Shown here piece after piece: positions 41,794 through 51,271 of a stretch of DNA of 64,000 nucleotides. Source of the stretch: an uncultured delta proteobacterium (GTDB lineage: Bacteria > Myxococcota_A > Polyangia > Polyangiales > Polyangiaceae). The DNA lies in the NCBI GenBank assembly GCA_963782055.1, contig CAWAIF010000003.1, forward strand, positions 5,024,001 through 5,088,000, read 5' to 3'. Positions within the stretch are counted from its first letter, which is position 1. Every line of letters starts with the position of its first letter. The notes under the pieces were generated by a model. The model saw only the letters and a program-made list of their open reading frames with translations. It made no database searches and was not told where the DNA came from. The position numbers and the translations under genes were made by a program.

Positions 41794-43748
41794 AGTGATC
41801 GCAGGTACGCCACCAGCGCCGCGGCGTCGTCCGCCGAGAGCTTCGTCGCGTCGCCCACGTGCGCCGCCGGTCCCTTCAGCACGTCCTGCAGCGTCGCCGC
41901 GCTCCCGTCGTGCAGGTACGGCGCGCTGTCGGACAGACCGCGCAGCGAGGGCGTGTCGAAGGCGCACGCGCCGCGCGGGTGGCCCTCCTCGTCGTCGACC
42001 GCGACGTCCACCCACGGGCCGGAGGTCACGCAGGTGCCGACGTCGTGCAGGAGCACCGGGCCGGAGAGGTCGAGCGTGGCGTTGCCCGCGCCGGAGTCGG
42101 TGAAGGCCGCGCCGGAGTGACAGCTCGCGCACCCGAGCGAGCCGAACAGGTCCTTGCCGTGCGCGACCTGCCCGGGGTCGAGGCCGCGCGGCGGGGACGG
42201 GTAGGGCAGCGCGTAGTCCACGAATTTCTCCAGCGCGTCCAGGTCCGCCGAGAGCGCCGGCACGTTCGGGTCGAAGTGGCCGCCCTGCTCCACGTTGATG
42301 GTCTGCCAGTAGTCCTGCACCTTGTTGCGCGCGCCGGTTCGGAAGAGGAAGCCCGTCTGCTTGGTGCCGCCGGCGTTGGACGGCGTGTCGCGCGGCCCCT
42401 GGCCGAAGCGCCAGGTGACCGCGTCGCTGCGGCCCTCCAGGTGGCAGCTCGCGCAGGAGACCCAGTGATCGGTCGTGACCGGCAGCTCGTCGCTCTGGGC
42501 GGAGAAGAAGACGTGCTGGCCGAGGCGCAGGTCGGCGGGCATCGGGTCCTTCGCCAGGCGCGGGATGGCGGCGCCGTCGACGGTCACCGTGACCGGACCC
42601 GCCTCGCCACCGGAGACGGCGAGCACCGCGACGTCGCTGGTGTTGCGCTCGTCGACGTACACGTGACCGTCGGCGGAGACCGCCACGCCCTCCGGCTGGT
42701 GGCCGGGCAGCGGCCGCACCAGGGCGACCTCGACGCGCTTGTCGGCGTCGACGACCAGCACGTCCTCGCTGCCGGTGTCGGCGACGAAGGCGAGCTTGCC
42801 GTCGGCGGAGAAGGCGATGGCCCGCGGGCCGGACACCACGTCACCGAAGGCGCCGCCATCCTTCGGCGCGGTGCTCACCGTCAGCCGCGCGAGCGGCGCG
42901 CCGCCGGCATCGAACAGGGAGATGGCCGGGAAGACGGTGCGCTGGAAGTCCAGCGTGGGCTGCGGCGTGTCGGTACCGAGCATCATGTGGAGCGCCCAGG
43001 TCTCCGTCGTGCCCGGGCGCGCCAGCACGTCGTAGAGGCCGCGCGACTCGCCGTGCGGCACGGTGGGATCGGCGCCCGGGGGGCCGTCGGCCACCGCCCA
43101 TGTCGTCTGCAGGGCGAGCGGCGAGGGCGCGAGCACGCTCACGCCGGGCCCGAGCAGGTGCGTGACGTAGATCTGCGAGCGGTCGGCGCTCCAGGCGAGC
43201 GTCCACGGCTTGCGCGGCGTGTCCACGCGAGCGGTGACCGCGAGCGTCGTCGCGTCCAGGGCGAGCACCGCGTCGTCCTGCGAGCACGCGACGTACACGC
43301 TCTTGCCGTCCGGCGCGGCGAGCACGCCGATGGGCTCGGAGCAGGTGTCGGCGTCGGCGGTGATCGCGCCGGAGGCGGTGTCCAGTGCGTAGACGTGCCC
43401 GTTGCGCTCGCCGGTGACGTAGAGCGTCTTGCCCCCGGGGCCGAGGGCGAGGGCGCGCGGCCCGACCGCCGGCTCGTAGCGGCCGGCGCCGTCCACCGCG
43501 GGGGGCGCGCTCGAGAGCGGCGTCTCCCGGATGAGCGTCCGCGCGCGCGCGTCGACGAAGGAGACCGAGTCGGCGTCGGCGTTGACGACGTAGACCGTGG
43601 CGCCGTCGGTGCTCACCGCGATGCTCGACGAGTGATCCGACTCGCCCTGCGGGCCGCCGGCCGGCGGCGGCGTGACGTCGGACGACGAGCAGGCGAGCGA
43701 GCCGGCGACCCCGAGGAGGGCGAGGCGTGCGAGGAGGCGCGCGCTCAC
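41790..43748 (-). CDS. Lipoprotein: YVTN beta-propeller fused to a di-heme bCcP/MauG-like domain
   Basis: YV.N/YVT repeats; SCASCH, RDTPS, GCASCH, FDTPSLRG....APYLHDG; lipobox SLAC. Confidence 0.85.
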   Translation of the reverse strand: MSARLLARLALLGVAGSLACSSSDVTPPPAGGPQGESDHSSSIAVSTDGATVYVVNADADSVSFVDARARTLIRETPLSSAPPAVDGAGRYEPAVGPRALALGPGGKTLYVTGERNGHVYALDTASGAITADADTCSEPIGVLAAPDGKSVYVACSQDDAVLALDATTLAVTARVDTPRKPWTLAWSADRSQIYVTHLLGPGVSVLAPSPLALQTTWAVADGPPGADPTVPHGESRGLYDVLARPGTTETWALHMMLGTDTPQPTLDFQRTVFPAISLFDAGGAPLARLTVSTAPKDGGAFGDVVSGPRAIAFSADGKLAFVADTGSEDVLVVDADKRVEVALVRPLPGHQPEGVAVSADGHVYVDERNTSDVAVLAVSGGEAGPVTVTVDGAAIPRLAKDPMPADLRLGQHVFFSAQSDELPVTTDHWVSCASCHLEGRSDAVTWRFGQGPRDTPSNAGGTKQTGFLFRTGARNKVQDYWQTINVEQGGHFDPNVPALSADLDALEKFVDYALPYPSPPRGLDPGQVAHGKDLFGSLGCASCHSGAAFTDSGAGNATLDLSGPVLLHDVGTCVTSGPWVDVAVDDEEGHPRGACAFDTPSLRGLSDSAPYLHDGSAATLQDVLKGPAAHVGDATKLSADDAAALVAYLRSL

Positions 43749-46114
43749 GGCCCCACCTTGGTGATCTTGAGGACGATGGAGTCGGCCAGCGCGGAGGGCC
43801 TGCCCGCCGCCGAGATCTCCGGTACGCAATCCGGCTCGCGGTCGGTGGCGATCTTGCGAGGCCCGGCGTCGCTCTTGTCAGCCACCGTACCCGTCTCGCC
43901 GGTGAGGGTGCGCTCCGCCATCTGCAGGCCGCCGCGCGGCAGGCCATCCACCACCTGGATGCACTCCGCCGGCCAGTCGACCCCCTTGTTGCCGTTGCGG
44001 TCGTCCCAGCCGTTGAGCAGGAGCTTGTCCAGCCGCCCGACGCGGTCCTCGATCTGCGCGGCGAGGTCCTCCTGGCCCGCGCGCACGCCGATGAGCTCGT
44101 AGGTGTCGCGCAGCATCGCTTGCAGGAGCGCGAAGCGCATCACCCCGAACTCCACGGTGTCCGACGTGTCGCCGGGCGTCGGCCGGTAGAGCCGCGCCGA
44201 GGGGTCGTAGAACTTCGCCTCCACGCGCTGGTAGACGGCGAGCGCGCGGTCGCGCAGCCGCGTGTCGCCTGTCGCCAGGTAGCCGAGCAGCAGGCCGCGC
44301 ACCGCGGCGGTGTGGGCGTCGAGCACGTCGTCGTCGCTGGTGACGGCGCCCTTCGCCACGTCCCAGCCCGGCCACGCGCGGCCGGAGGCGTCGGTCAGGT
44401 GGTCGTAGAAGAGGTTGGCGAGGGCGGCGACCATGGAGTTCAGCTCCTCGGTCACCACCTCCGGCTTCGGTGTGGTCGCGATGGGCGGCGCGTCCAGGGG
44501 CGTGGTGACCGTCGCGGTGTCCGGCTTGTTGTTGCCGTAGAGGCTGAGCTGGTCGGAGAGCGCCCGGCGCGTGGTGCGCAGGGCGAGCAGCGCGTAGGCC
44601 GCGGTCACCGCCGAGAGCGTCGTGCCGCGCGTGACCTGGCCGCCGCTCACCGAAGCGTCGTCGACGGGAAGGCCGGAGGCGGGGTCGCGGTGCATGCGCG
44701 CCAGGTCCACCAGCGCCACGCGGATCATGGCGAGCGCGCGGTCGTGCAGGGTGGGCTCGCCGTCCGCGATCTGATCGTCGGCGGGGAACGGGTCGCCGTC
44801 GAAGTAGGCGCGCACGGCCTGCGAGCCGCCGACCTCGGCGTTGGCCTGATCGGTGAGGGCGTAGAGCGACGCGTACGCGCCGAGCAGACCGGACAGATCG
44901 AGCAGGCGGCTGCCCGGCGTGCGGACGGCGTAGGCGCTGGGCCGCGGGAACTCGCAGTCGGGGTCGGTCGCCTCGGTGACGGCAATCTCCGCCGGGAAGT
45001 AGAGCAGCGGCGCGTTCGCGTCGTAGGCGAGCGCGCCCGCGAGGTCCTTGAAGCCGCCCAGCGCGGTGCCGTCGCCCGTCAACCTCTCGGTGAGCCAGTC
45101 CTGCGCCTCGTTGTCCAGCTCGCTGAGCATCAGCCCCGCCTGGAAGCCCTCGATGTCGCTCGAGCCGAGGTAGGTCCCGGCGACCGCGCCGTCGTCCTTG
45201 GCGAGCACCGCGTTGCCCGGCGCGCCCACCTGCGCGAGATCCGCCTCGTCGACCTGCGTGACGGCGGTCTCCGCGGCGTCGTGCATCGACTGCAGGTAGT
45301 TGATGATCCACAGCGCCGACTTCCAGCCCGCCCAGCCGCTGGAGCCGGGGGAGATGGCCGCGTCCACCTGGTTGGCGCGATCGACCAGGTGCAGGGTGGT
45401 GGCGTCGCACTCGTAGTCGTCGCTGAGCAGCCCGCCGCTCGCGCCGGGGTCGTCGTCGGAGGTGATGGAGCACGCGAGCGAGACCGAGTTGGTGGGCGCG
45501 ATGGTGGGATCGAAGGAGACGAAGGGCTCCATCGTCGGCCAGATGCCCGGCCACCCGAGCGGGTTCTCCGGCGTCGCCTGCGCGTGCACGAAGCGGGAGG
45601 TCGCGTTGCTCGCCGCGCCGAGCGACTGCACCACGTCGCGCAGCGCGGAGCACGCCGCGGTGCCTCCCGCCTGCGCGGTGTCGATGAGGGGCGCGTACGC
45701 CAGCGAGATCCCTGCGCCGGACTCGAACGCCAGCTCGTTCATCGGCTGCTTGGAGTACTCGTACGACTCGATCGCGCTGGCGAAGCCCGCCGGATCCAGG
45801 AACGGACCGAAGCCGTCGAGCGAGGGGTCGAAGTAGATGTCCGGCGGGCGGAAGTCGCGGCTGTAGCGCGTGAGGTCCCGGCCCATCGCCTCGGCGAAGG
45901 GCTCGCCGGAGAGCTGCATCTCCAGCCCGGCGAGCATGTGCTCGCGCACCACGAAGCGATCGTCGCGCGAGACGACCGAGATGATGGGCGGCGAGGCCAC
46001 GGGGCCGTCGGCGCCGGCGTCTCCCGCCGGCGGCGTGGTGTCGTCGCCGCCGGAGCACGCGGCGGCGATGGCGACGGCGACGAGGGTTCCGCCTGCGGCG
46101 AGCGCGCGCCTCAC
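43745..46114 (-). CDS. Large lipoprotein of unknown function (789 aa)
   Basis: Lipobox AAAC; acidic; GTGA overlaps with both neighbours; C-terminal helical-barrel-like segment. Confidence 0.8.
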   Translation of the reverse strand: MRRALAAGGTLVAVAIAAACSGGDDTTPPAGDAGADGPVASPPIISVVSRDDRFVVREHMLAGLEMQLSGEPFAEAMGRDLTRYSRDFRPPDIYFDPSLDGFGPFLDPAGFASAIESYEYSKQPMNELAFESGAGISLAYAPLIDTAQAGGTAACSALRDVVQSLGAASNATSRFVHAQATPENPLGWPGIWPTMEPFVSFDPTIAPTNSVSLACSITSDDDPGASGGLLSDDYECDATTLHLVDRANQVDAAISPGSSGWAGWKSALWIINYLQSMHDAAETAVTQVDEADLAQVGAPGNAVLAKDDGAVAGTYLGSSDIEGFQAGLMLSELDNEAQDWLTERLTGDGTALGGFKDLAGALAYDANAPLLYFPAEIAVTEATDPDCEFPRPSAYAVRTPGSRLLDLSGLLGAYASLYALTDQANAEVGGSQAVRAYFDGDPFPADDQIADGEPTLHDRALAMIRVALVDLARMHRDPASGLPVDDASVSGGQVTRGTTLSAVTAAYALLALRTTRRALSDQLSLYGNNKPDTATVTTPLDAPPIATTPKPEVVTEELNSMVAALANLFYDHLTDASGRAWPGWDVAKGAVTSDDDVLDAHTAAVRGLLLGYLATGDTRLRDRALAVYQRVEAKFYDPSARLYRPTPGDTSDTVEFGVMRFALLQAMLRDTYELIGVRAGQEDLAAQIEDRVGRLDKLLLNGWDDRNGNKGVDWPAECIQVVDGLPRGGLQMAERTLTGETGTVADKSDAGPRKIATDREPDCVPEISAAGRPSALADSIVLKITKVGP

Positions 46115-47211
46115 GAGCGCGCGTCCTCGCCCCTGGGCGTCCAGAGGTCCGACTCCAGGGTGTCGAGCAGCGCGCGCTGCGCCTCCGGCGGCGGCAAGCC
46201 GGCGTCACGCACCAGCGAGGCCGGGAGGTCGCGCGCCGCCTGGCGGCGGAGCGTGGCGACGGCCGCCAGGCGTGCATCGCGCACGCGCGCGCGCGCCCCG
46301 GCGTCCAGCCGCGCCTCCGCCCAGCGCGCCACCTGCCACGCGAAGGCGGCGTGGCGCGTCTCGTCGGCGGCGATCGTCCGCATCGCCGCGGCGATGGCGC
46401 CGTCCCCCGCGTGCGCCGCCTGCCACCAGGCCACGAGCGCGGCGAACGTCTCGCCGACGCAGCCCTCCGCGGCGTTCTCCGCGGCGAAGGTCTCCAGGTC
46501 GCGACGCCGTTCGCGCGCGGCGTGCACGCGCGGCGGTCGTGCGCCGTGGCGCGCGGCGAGATCGCGCACCGCGCGCGCGTGGCGGCGCTCGTCGCGGGCG
46601 CTCCGCGCCGCGAGCGCGGTGAGATCGGCCGGCGCACCGAAGGCGGCCAGCTCCGCCTCCATCCGCCGGAAGGCGACGACCGCGGCGGCCTCCATGTGCG
46701 CCGAGCCGGCCAGGTACGCGCCGAGCGCCGACGCCGCAGGCGAGGCCTCAGGCGGGCGCAGCCCCTCCGGGCGTCGCCCCGGCCCGCCCAGGCACGTCGC
46801 GCAGTCGACGAGGAGCGGTGAGGCGTCGGTGATGCCGCCGTCGACGCAGGAGTCGCCGGTGGCGGAGCAGTAGAAGACGATGCCGTTGCAGATGTTCTCG
46901 CAGTCGCCGAGGGTGAGCGAGCAGCCGGAGGTCGACGTGCCCGGCGGGAGCCCGCACGGCACCTTCACGGTGAAGCCGCAAAGCTCCGCGGCGGCGTCGA
47001 TGTCCTGCTCGATCGCGCACGGGTCCACCCCGCCGTCACCCGGCGGCTCCTGCGCATCGACGCCCGTGTCGGCGAGCGGCATGGCGTCCTGCCCGGAGAT
47101 CGCGTCGGCCCCGCTGTCCGCGCCCGCGGGTCCGTCGGACGATCCGCACGCGCAGAGGGTGGTGGCGGCGGTCGCGAGGATCGCCCGTCGGAACAAGGAC
47201 CGGAGCCGCAT
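46111..47211 (-). CDS. Exported Cys-rich + ferritin-like diiron domain lipoprotein
   Basis: Lipobox LCAC, Cys-rich region, GRRPEG, then E...DERRH...EGCVGE...DETRH. Confidence 0.8.
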   Translation of the reverse strand: MRLRSLFRRAILATAATTLCACGSSDGPAGADSGADAISGQDAMPLADTGVDAQEPPGDGGVDPCAIEQDIDAAAELCGFTVKVPCGLPPGTSTSGCSLTLGDCENICNGIVFYCSATGDSCVDGGITDASPLLVDCATCLGGPGRRPEGLRPPEASPAASALGAYLAGSAHMEAAAVVAFRRMEAELAAFGAPADLTALAARSARDERRHARAVRDLAARHGARPPRVHAARERRRDLETFAAENAAEGCVGETFAALVAWWQAAHAGDGAIAAAMRTIAADETRHAAFAWQVARWAEARLDAGARARVRDARLAAVATLRRQAARDLPASLVRDAGLPPPEAQRALLDTLESDLWTPRGEDARS

Positions 47212-47268
47212 CTCTTCTCGTCTCATCGCCAACCTCACCTGCAACGAGTGTAGCCCGTCTTATTGAAC

Positions 47269-47285
47269 TTGAAAATGACTTTCAT
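47269..47285. promoter_or_regulatory. Fur-box-like operator in divergent promoter
   Basis: tTGAAAAT-g-ACTTTCAt 7-1-7 inverted repeat, 11/14 match to TGATAATnATTATCA, in a conspicuously AT-rich patch. Confidence 0.65.
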
Positions 47286-47345
47286 ATCCCTTAAGACAGA
47301 GCCATGCAGGATGGCCTTGCTGGCGCTCGGCGACAGGTGCTGGCG

Positions 47346-47882
47346 ATGAAGCCGGTCTTCGCGGTGGTGATCGCAGCTACGCTCTCGTGTGCGTCGGCGG
47401 ACGCCACCTCGCGAGACGAGGGGCAGACCTTCGTCGCCTACACGGCCAGCTTCGCCGACTACCGCACGTGGGAGCCCTTCCAGGTGGGCACGCCGGTCGA
47501 CGGCGCCGACGCTGGCTGCGCGGCGCACGATCCCTCGGCGTCGCGTGTCGCCTACCTGAACCACCGCCCCCCGCCGGGCTCCACGCGCTTCCCGGTCGGC
47601 ACCGTCATCGTCAAGGAGACGCAGAAGGGGGCCGAGGCGGACTGGAAGGTGTTCGCGATGGTCAAGCGCGGCGGGGGCTACAACGCCGGCGGCGCCAGGG
47701 ACTGGGAGTGGTTCGAGCTCACGCCGCCCACCTCCGGACCGCCCACCATCATCTGGCGTGGCGTCGCGCCGCCGACAGGCGAGGGCTACGGCACCGGCTG
47801 CGGTGGCTGCAACGAGTGCCACGCGGCGGCGGCGGGCAACGACTTCGTCCAGTCCCCGCTGCTCGACCTGTCCTCCTTCTGA
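47346..47882 (+). CDS. Cytochrome P460 family protein
   Basis: FPVGTVIVKE, FAMVKR, DWEWF, C-terminal CNECH...DFV; signal peptide. Confidence 0.8.
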   Translation: MKPVFAVVIAATLSCASADATSRDEGQTFVAYTASFADYRTWEPFQVGTPVDGADAGCAAHDPSASRVAYLNHRPPPGSTRFPVGTVIVKETQKGAEADWKVFAMVKRGGGYNAGGARDWEWFELTPPTSGPPTIIWRGVAPPTGEGYGTGCGGCNECHAAAAGNDFVQSPLLDLSSF

Positions 47883-47883
47883 C

Positions 47884-47900
47884 CATCAGCCAGACCGATG
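47884..47900. promoter_or_regulatory. Possible LysR T-N11-A operator
   Basis: CATC-N9-GATG just upstream of the LysR gene. Confidence 0.35.
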
Positions 47901-47924
47901 TGTGACTGCTAAGGTCCATGCACC

Positions 47925-48920
47925 ATGTCGATGGACCCCGTCACGCTGGACCAGCTCCACGTCTTCGTCACCGTGGTCGAGCAGGGCAGCTTCTCCGCCG
48001 CCGCCCGCCACCTGCGCCGCGCGCAGTCGGCGGTCAGCTATGCCATCGCCAACCTGGAGCGCCTGCTCGACGTCCCCCTCTTCGATCGCCGCAGCAAGAC
48101 GCCGGAGCTCACCGACGCCGGCCGCGCGTTGCTCAGCGACGCGCACGCGATCCTCTACCGCACCGCGGAGCTGCAGGCGCGCGCGCGGGCGATGCACCAG
48201 GGCGTCGAGCCGCGGCTGACGCTGGCGGTGGACGTCCTCTTCCCGATGGCCACCCTCGTGGAGGCCGTGGAGGCGTTCCAGCGAGAGTTCGCCGCGGTGG
48301 AGCTGCTCCTCCGCTCGGAGGCGCTCGGCGGCGTCGCCCAGCTCGTGCGCGACGGCGTGTGTCAGGTGGGGCTGAGCGCGGAGCTTCCGCGCTTCCCCGA
48401 AGGGCTCCACCGCTGGCCGATGGGGAGCATCGAGATGGTGACGGTCGTCGCGCGCGAGCACGAGCTTGCCCGGCACCGCGGCTTCATCCCCGCGCAAGTC
48501 ATGCGCGAGCACGTCCACCTCGTTTTGTCCGACCGCAGCGATCTGACGGCAGGCGTCGACTTCGGCGTGCTCGGCGGGCGCGTCTGGCGCCTGATGGACC
48601 TGCGCACGCGCCACGCGCTGCTGCGCGCCGGCCTCGGCTGGGCGCGCATGCCCAAGCCCCTGGTGGCGGAGGACCTGCGTCGCGGGCGTCTGGTGCGCAT
48701 TCGCCCAGCCGATTATGGCCCTTCGCCCTTCCACCTGAACCTGTTCGCCGTCTACCGAACCGCCGACCCGCCCGGTCCGGCCGCCCGCTGGCTGCTGGGC
48801 CGGCTGGGTGCGTGTCCGGACGACATGGAGACTCCCGCGCGGAGGCCCCCCCGACCCCGGCCCGCGGCTCGTCCCCCACGCCGCCCGCGAGGACCAGCCC
48901 GACGGCCCGGCTCGTGGTAA
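47925..48920 (+). CDS. LysR-family transcriptional regulator
   Basis: TLDQL..F..VVEQGSFSAAAR.L.RAQSAVS..IANLE HTH. Confidence 0.93.
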   Translation: MSMDPVTLDQLHVFVTVVEQGSFSAAARHLRRAQSAVSYAIANLERLLDVPLFDRRSKTPELTDAGRALLSDAHAILYRTAELQARARAMHQGVEPRLTLAVDVLFPMATLVEAVEAFQREFAAVELLLRSEALGGVAQLVRDGVCQVGLSAELPRFPEGLHRWPMGSIEMVTVVAREHELARHRGFIPAQVMREHVHLVLSDRSDLTAGVDFGVLGGRVWRLMDLRTRHALLRAGLGWARMPKPLVAEDLRRGRLVRIRPADYGPSPFHLNLFAVYRTADPPGPAARWLLGRLGACPDDMETPARRPPRPRPAARPPRRPRGPARRPGSW

Positions 48921-48931
48921 GAACCCCCCCG

Positions 48932-49993
48932 ATGGGCCGTGTACCCGGGGTCATCAAGTCGGTACCCGAAGACTTCGTCGTGGAGGAGATCCCCGCCTAC
49001 GCGCCGAGCGGCGAGGGCGATCACGTCTTCATCCGCTTCCGCAAGCGGGGGATGACGACCGACGCCGCCGCGCGCGTCATCGCCGCGGCGCTGGGGGCCG
49101 ACGCGCGCGCCGCCGGCATCGCCGGGATGAAGGATCGCGTCGCCGTCACCACGCAGACGATCTCCCTGGCCCCGCCGCGCGGCCAGACCGCGGAGGAGAT
49201 GGCCCGCCGCGCCGCCGCGCTGTCCCTCGACGGCATCACCATCCTCGACGTGGCGCGCCACCCGCACAAGCTCCGCACCGGCCACCTCGCGGGCAACCGC
49301 TTCACCATCCGCATCCGGCACGTCCCGCGGGAGCGGGCGCCCGAGCTCGACCACGCCTTCCGCGCTCTCGCCGCGCGCGGCGTGCCCAACGCCTTCGGCG
49401 CTCAGCGATTCGGCCGGGAAGGCGACAACGCCGACCAGGCGAAGGCGTGGCTCGCCGGCACCAAGCAGCCCCCGCGCGACAAGCGGCTTCGTCGCCTCCA
49501 GTTCTCCGCGCTGCAGTCGGCCGTCTTCAACGCGGTGCTGGCCCGCCGGCTGGAGCGCGGGGACTGGGACGCGCCCATCGAGGGCGACGTGCTCAAGCGA
49601 CACGACTCCGGCGGTCTCTTCGTCTGCACGGACGTTCAGGCCGACAGGGAGCGCGCGGCGCGGGGCGAGCTCTCCCCCACCGGCCCGCTCTTCGGCCCCA
49701 AGATGATGCGACCCGTCGGCGACGCCGGACGGCTCGAACAAATCGTGACCGACGCCATCGTGGGAGACATCGCGGACCTGGAGGCCCGGTCAGCCGGCCT
49801 CGGGGACGGCACCCGGCGGCCGCTGCGCCTCTGGGTGACGGATCTGACGGTCGACGTAGATTCGACCGAGTTGCAGGAACATCCGAGCTGCGTGGTTTGC
49901 TTCGTGCTATCGAAGGGAGCCTTCGCGACCACCGTGCTCGACCAAGTCGTGGCCCCGCCCGAAGCCGAAGTCAGGGACGCCACATCGACGTGA
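48932..49993 (+). CDS. truD: tRNA pseudouridine(13) synthase
   Basis: PEDFVVEE, GEGDH, AGMKDR.AVTTQ, GNRF.I, PN.FG.QRFG, SA.QS..FN, L.KG.FAT. Confidence 0.93.
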   Translation: MGRVPGVIKSVPEDFVVEEIPAYAPSGEGDHVFIRFRKRGMTTDAAARVIAAALGADARAAGIAGMKDRVAVTTQTISLAPPRGQTAEEMARRAAALSLDGITILDVARHPHKLRTGHLAGNRFTIRIRHVPRERAPELDHAFRALAARGVPNAFGAQRFGREGDNADQAKAWLAGTKQPPRDKRLRRLQFSALQSAVFNAVLARRLERGDWDAPIEGDVLKRHDSGGLFVCTDVQADRERAARGELSPTGPLFGPKMMRPVGDAGRLEQIVTDAIVGDIADLEARSAGLGDGTRRPLRLWVTDLTVDVDSTELQEHPSCVVCFVLSKGAFATTVLDQVVAPPEAEVRDATST

Positions 49994-50032
49994 CGTCGGC
50001 CAGACGGCCGCACGAGAGGACGAAGAAGACGA

Positions 50033-50821
50033 ATGCTGGAACGAGTCAAGAGCGCGTTGGTTGGACTGGGGGCCGGGTGGGTCCTCATCTTGATGTTCAT
50101 CCTGAGCATCATCTCGGTCGCCGTGATGCTGGAGCGCGCGTGGCTCTTCCTCTCCCTGCGCGACGATGTCCCCCGGCTCATGCGCGACCTGGCGCAGCTG
50201 CTCCGCCGGGGCGACCTTGAGGGCGCGCGGCGCCGTCTGGAGTCCTCGCCCAGCGCGGAGGCGGCGGTCGTCGTCGCCGGCCTCGTGGAGGCGGAGCTCG
50301 GCGCGCTGGCGGCCGAGGAGGCGATGGCCGGCGCGGCGGCGCTGCAGCGCACCCGGCTGGAGAAGCGCCTCGCATTCCTCGGCACGGTCGGCAACAACGC
50401 CCCCTTCATCGGCCTGCTCGGGACCGTCATCGGCATCGTGGCGGCGTTCGACGAGCTCGCGCGCGAGTCCGGCGCGGTGACGACGACAGGCGGCGCCACC
50501 GGCACCGGAGCGACGGTCAGCGCCGCCCTGCAGGCCCACATCTCGGAGGCGCTCGTCGCCACCGCGGTCGGCCTGTTCGTCGCCATCCCGGCGGTGGCCG
50601 CGTACAACTACTTCCAGCGCATCGTGAAGGGCACTGTGGCCAACACCGACGCGCTCGCCCACGTGCTGCTCGCTCACCTGAAGTCGGTTCCCGTCGGCGC
50701 GCTCGCGGGGGCTCCGGTGGAGGCGGCGCCCCGCCCCGCGAAGGAGGGGAAGGAGCAACCTCCGCCCTCCAGGCGAGAGCCGAAGGAGAAGGAGCCCGCG
50801 GCCGAAGAGGCGGAGTCCTGA
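50033..50821 (+). CDS. exbB: MotA/TolQ/ExbB proton channel
   Basis: LGTVGNNAPFIGLLGTVIGI, ISEALVATAVGLFVAIPA. Confidence 0.88.
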   Translation: MLERVKSALVGLGAGWVLILMFILSIISVAVMLERAWLFLSLRDDVPRLMRDLAQLLRRGDLEGARRRLESSPSAEAAVVVAGLVEAELGALAAEEAMAGAAALQRTRLEKRLAFLGTVGNNAPFIGLLGTVIGIVAAFDELARESGAVTTTGGATGTGATVSAALQAHISEALVATAVGLFVAIPAVAAYNYFQRIVKGTVANTDALAHVLLAHLKSVPVGALAGAPVEAAPRPAKEGKEQPPPSRREPKEKEPAAEEAES

Positions 50822-50824
50822 GCC

Positions 50825-51265
50825 ATGGCGGGCGGACAGGTCGCAGAGGAAGACGCCATCGTCGGGATCAACGTGACGCCGCTCGTCGACGTCACCCTGG
50901 TGCTCGCCATCGTGCTGATGGTGACGGCGAAGATGGTCGTGCAGCCGTCGGCGGTGCCCCTCGACCTCCCGCGCGCCGCCACCGGCTCCAGCCAGGTGCA
51001 GACGGTCTTCAGCATCGAGCTCGCGGCGGACGGCACCACCTACGTGGACAAGAAGAAGCAGCCCAACGACGACGCCATCTACAATCTGGCCAGGGCCGCC
51101 CACCTCCGCGACCCCGAGCTGCGCGCCGTCATCAAGGCGGACACCACCGTCCAGCACGGGCGCGTCATCCACGTGCTGGATCTCCTCAAGCAATCCGGCG
51201 TCACCAAGATCGCCTTCGGCGTCGCCCCCACAGCGCCGGTCCACCCGGACGAGCCGAAGAAGTGA
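50825..51265 (+). CDS. exbD: ExbD/TolR family protein
   Basis: INVTPLVDVTLVL, IKAD...HG.VI.VLD. Confidence 0.88.
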   Translation: MAGGQVAEEDAIVGINVTPLVDVTLVLAIVLMVTAKMVVQPSAVPLDLPRAATGSSQVQTVFSIELAADGTTYVDKKKQPNDDAIYNLARAAHLRDPELRAVIKADTTVQHGRVIHVLDLLKQSGVTKIAFGVAPTAPVHPDEPKK

Positions 51266-51271
51266 GGTGAG

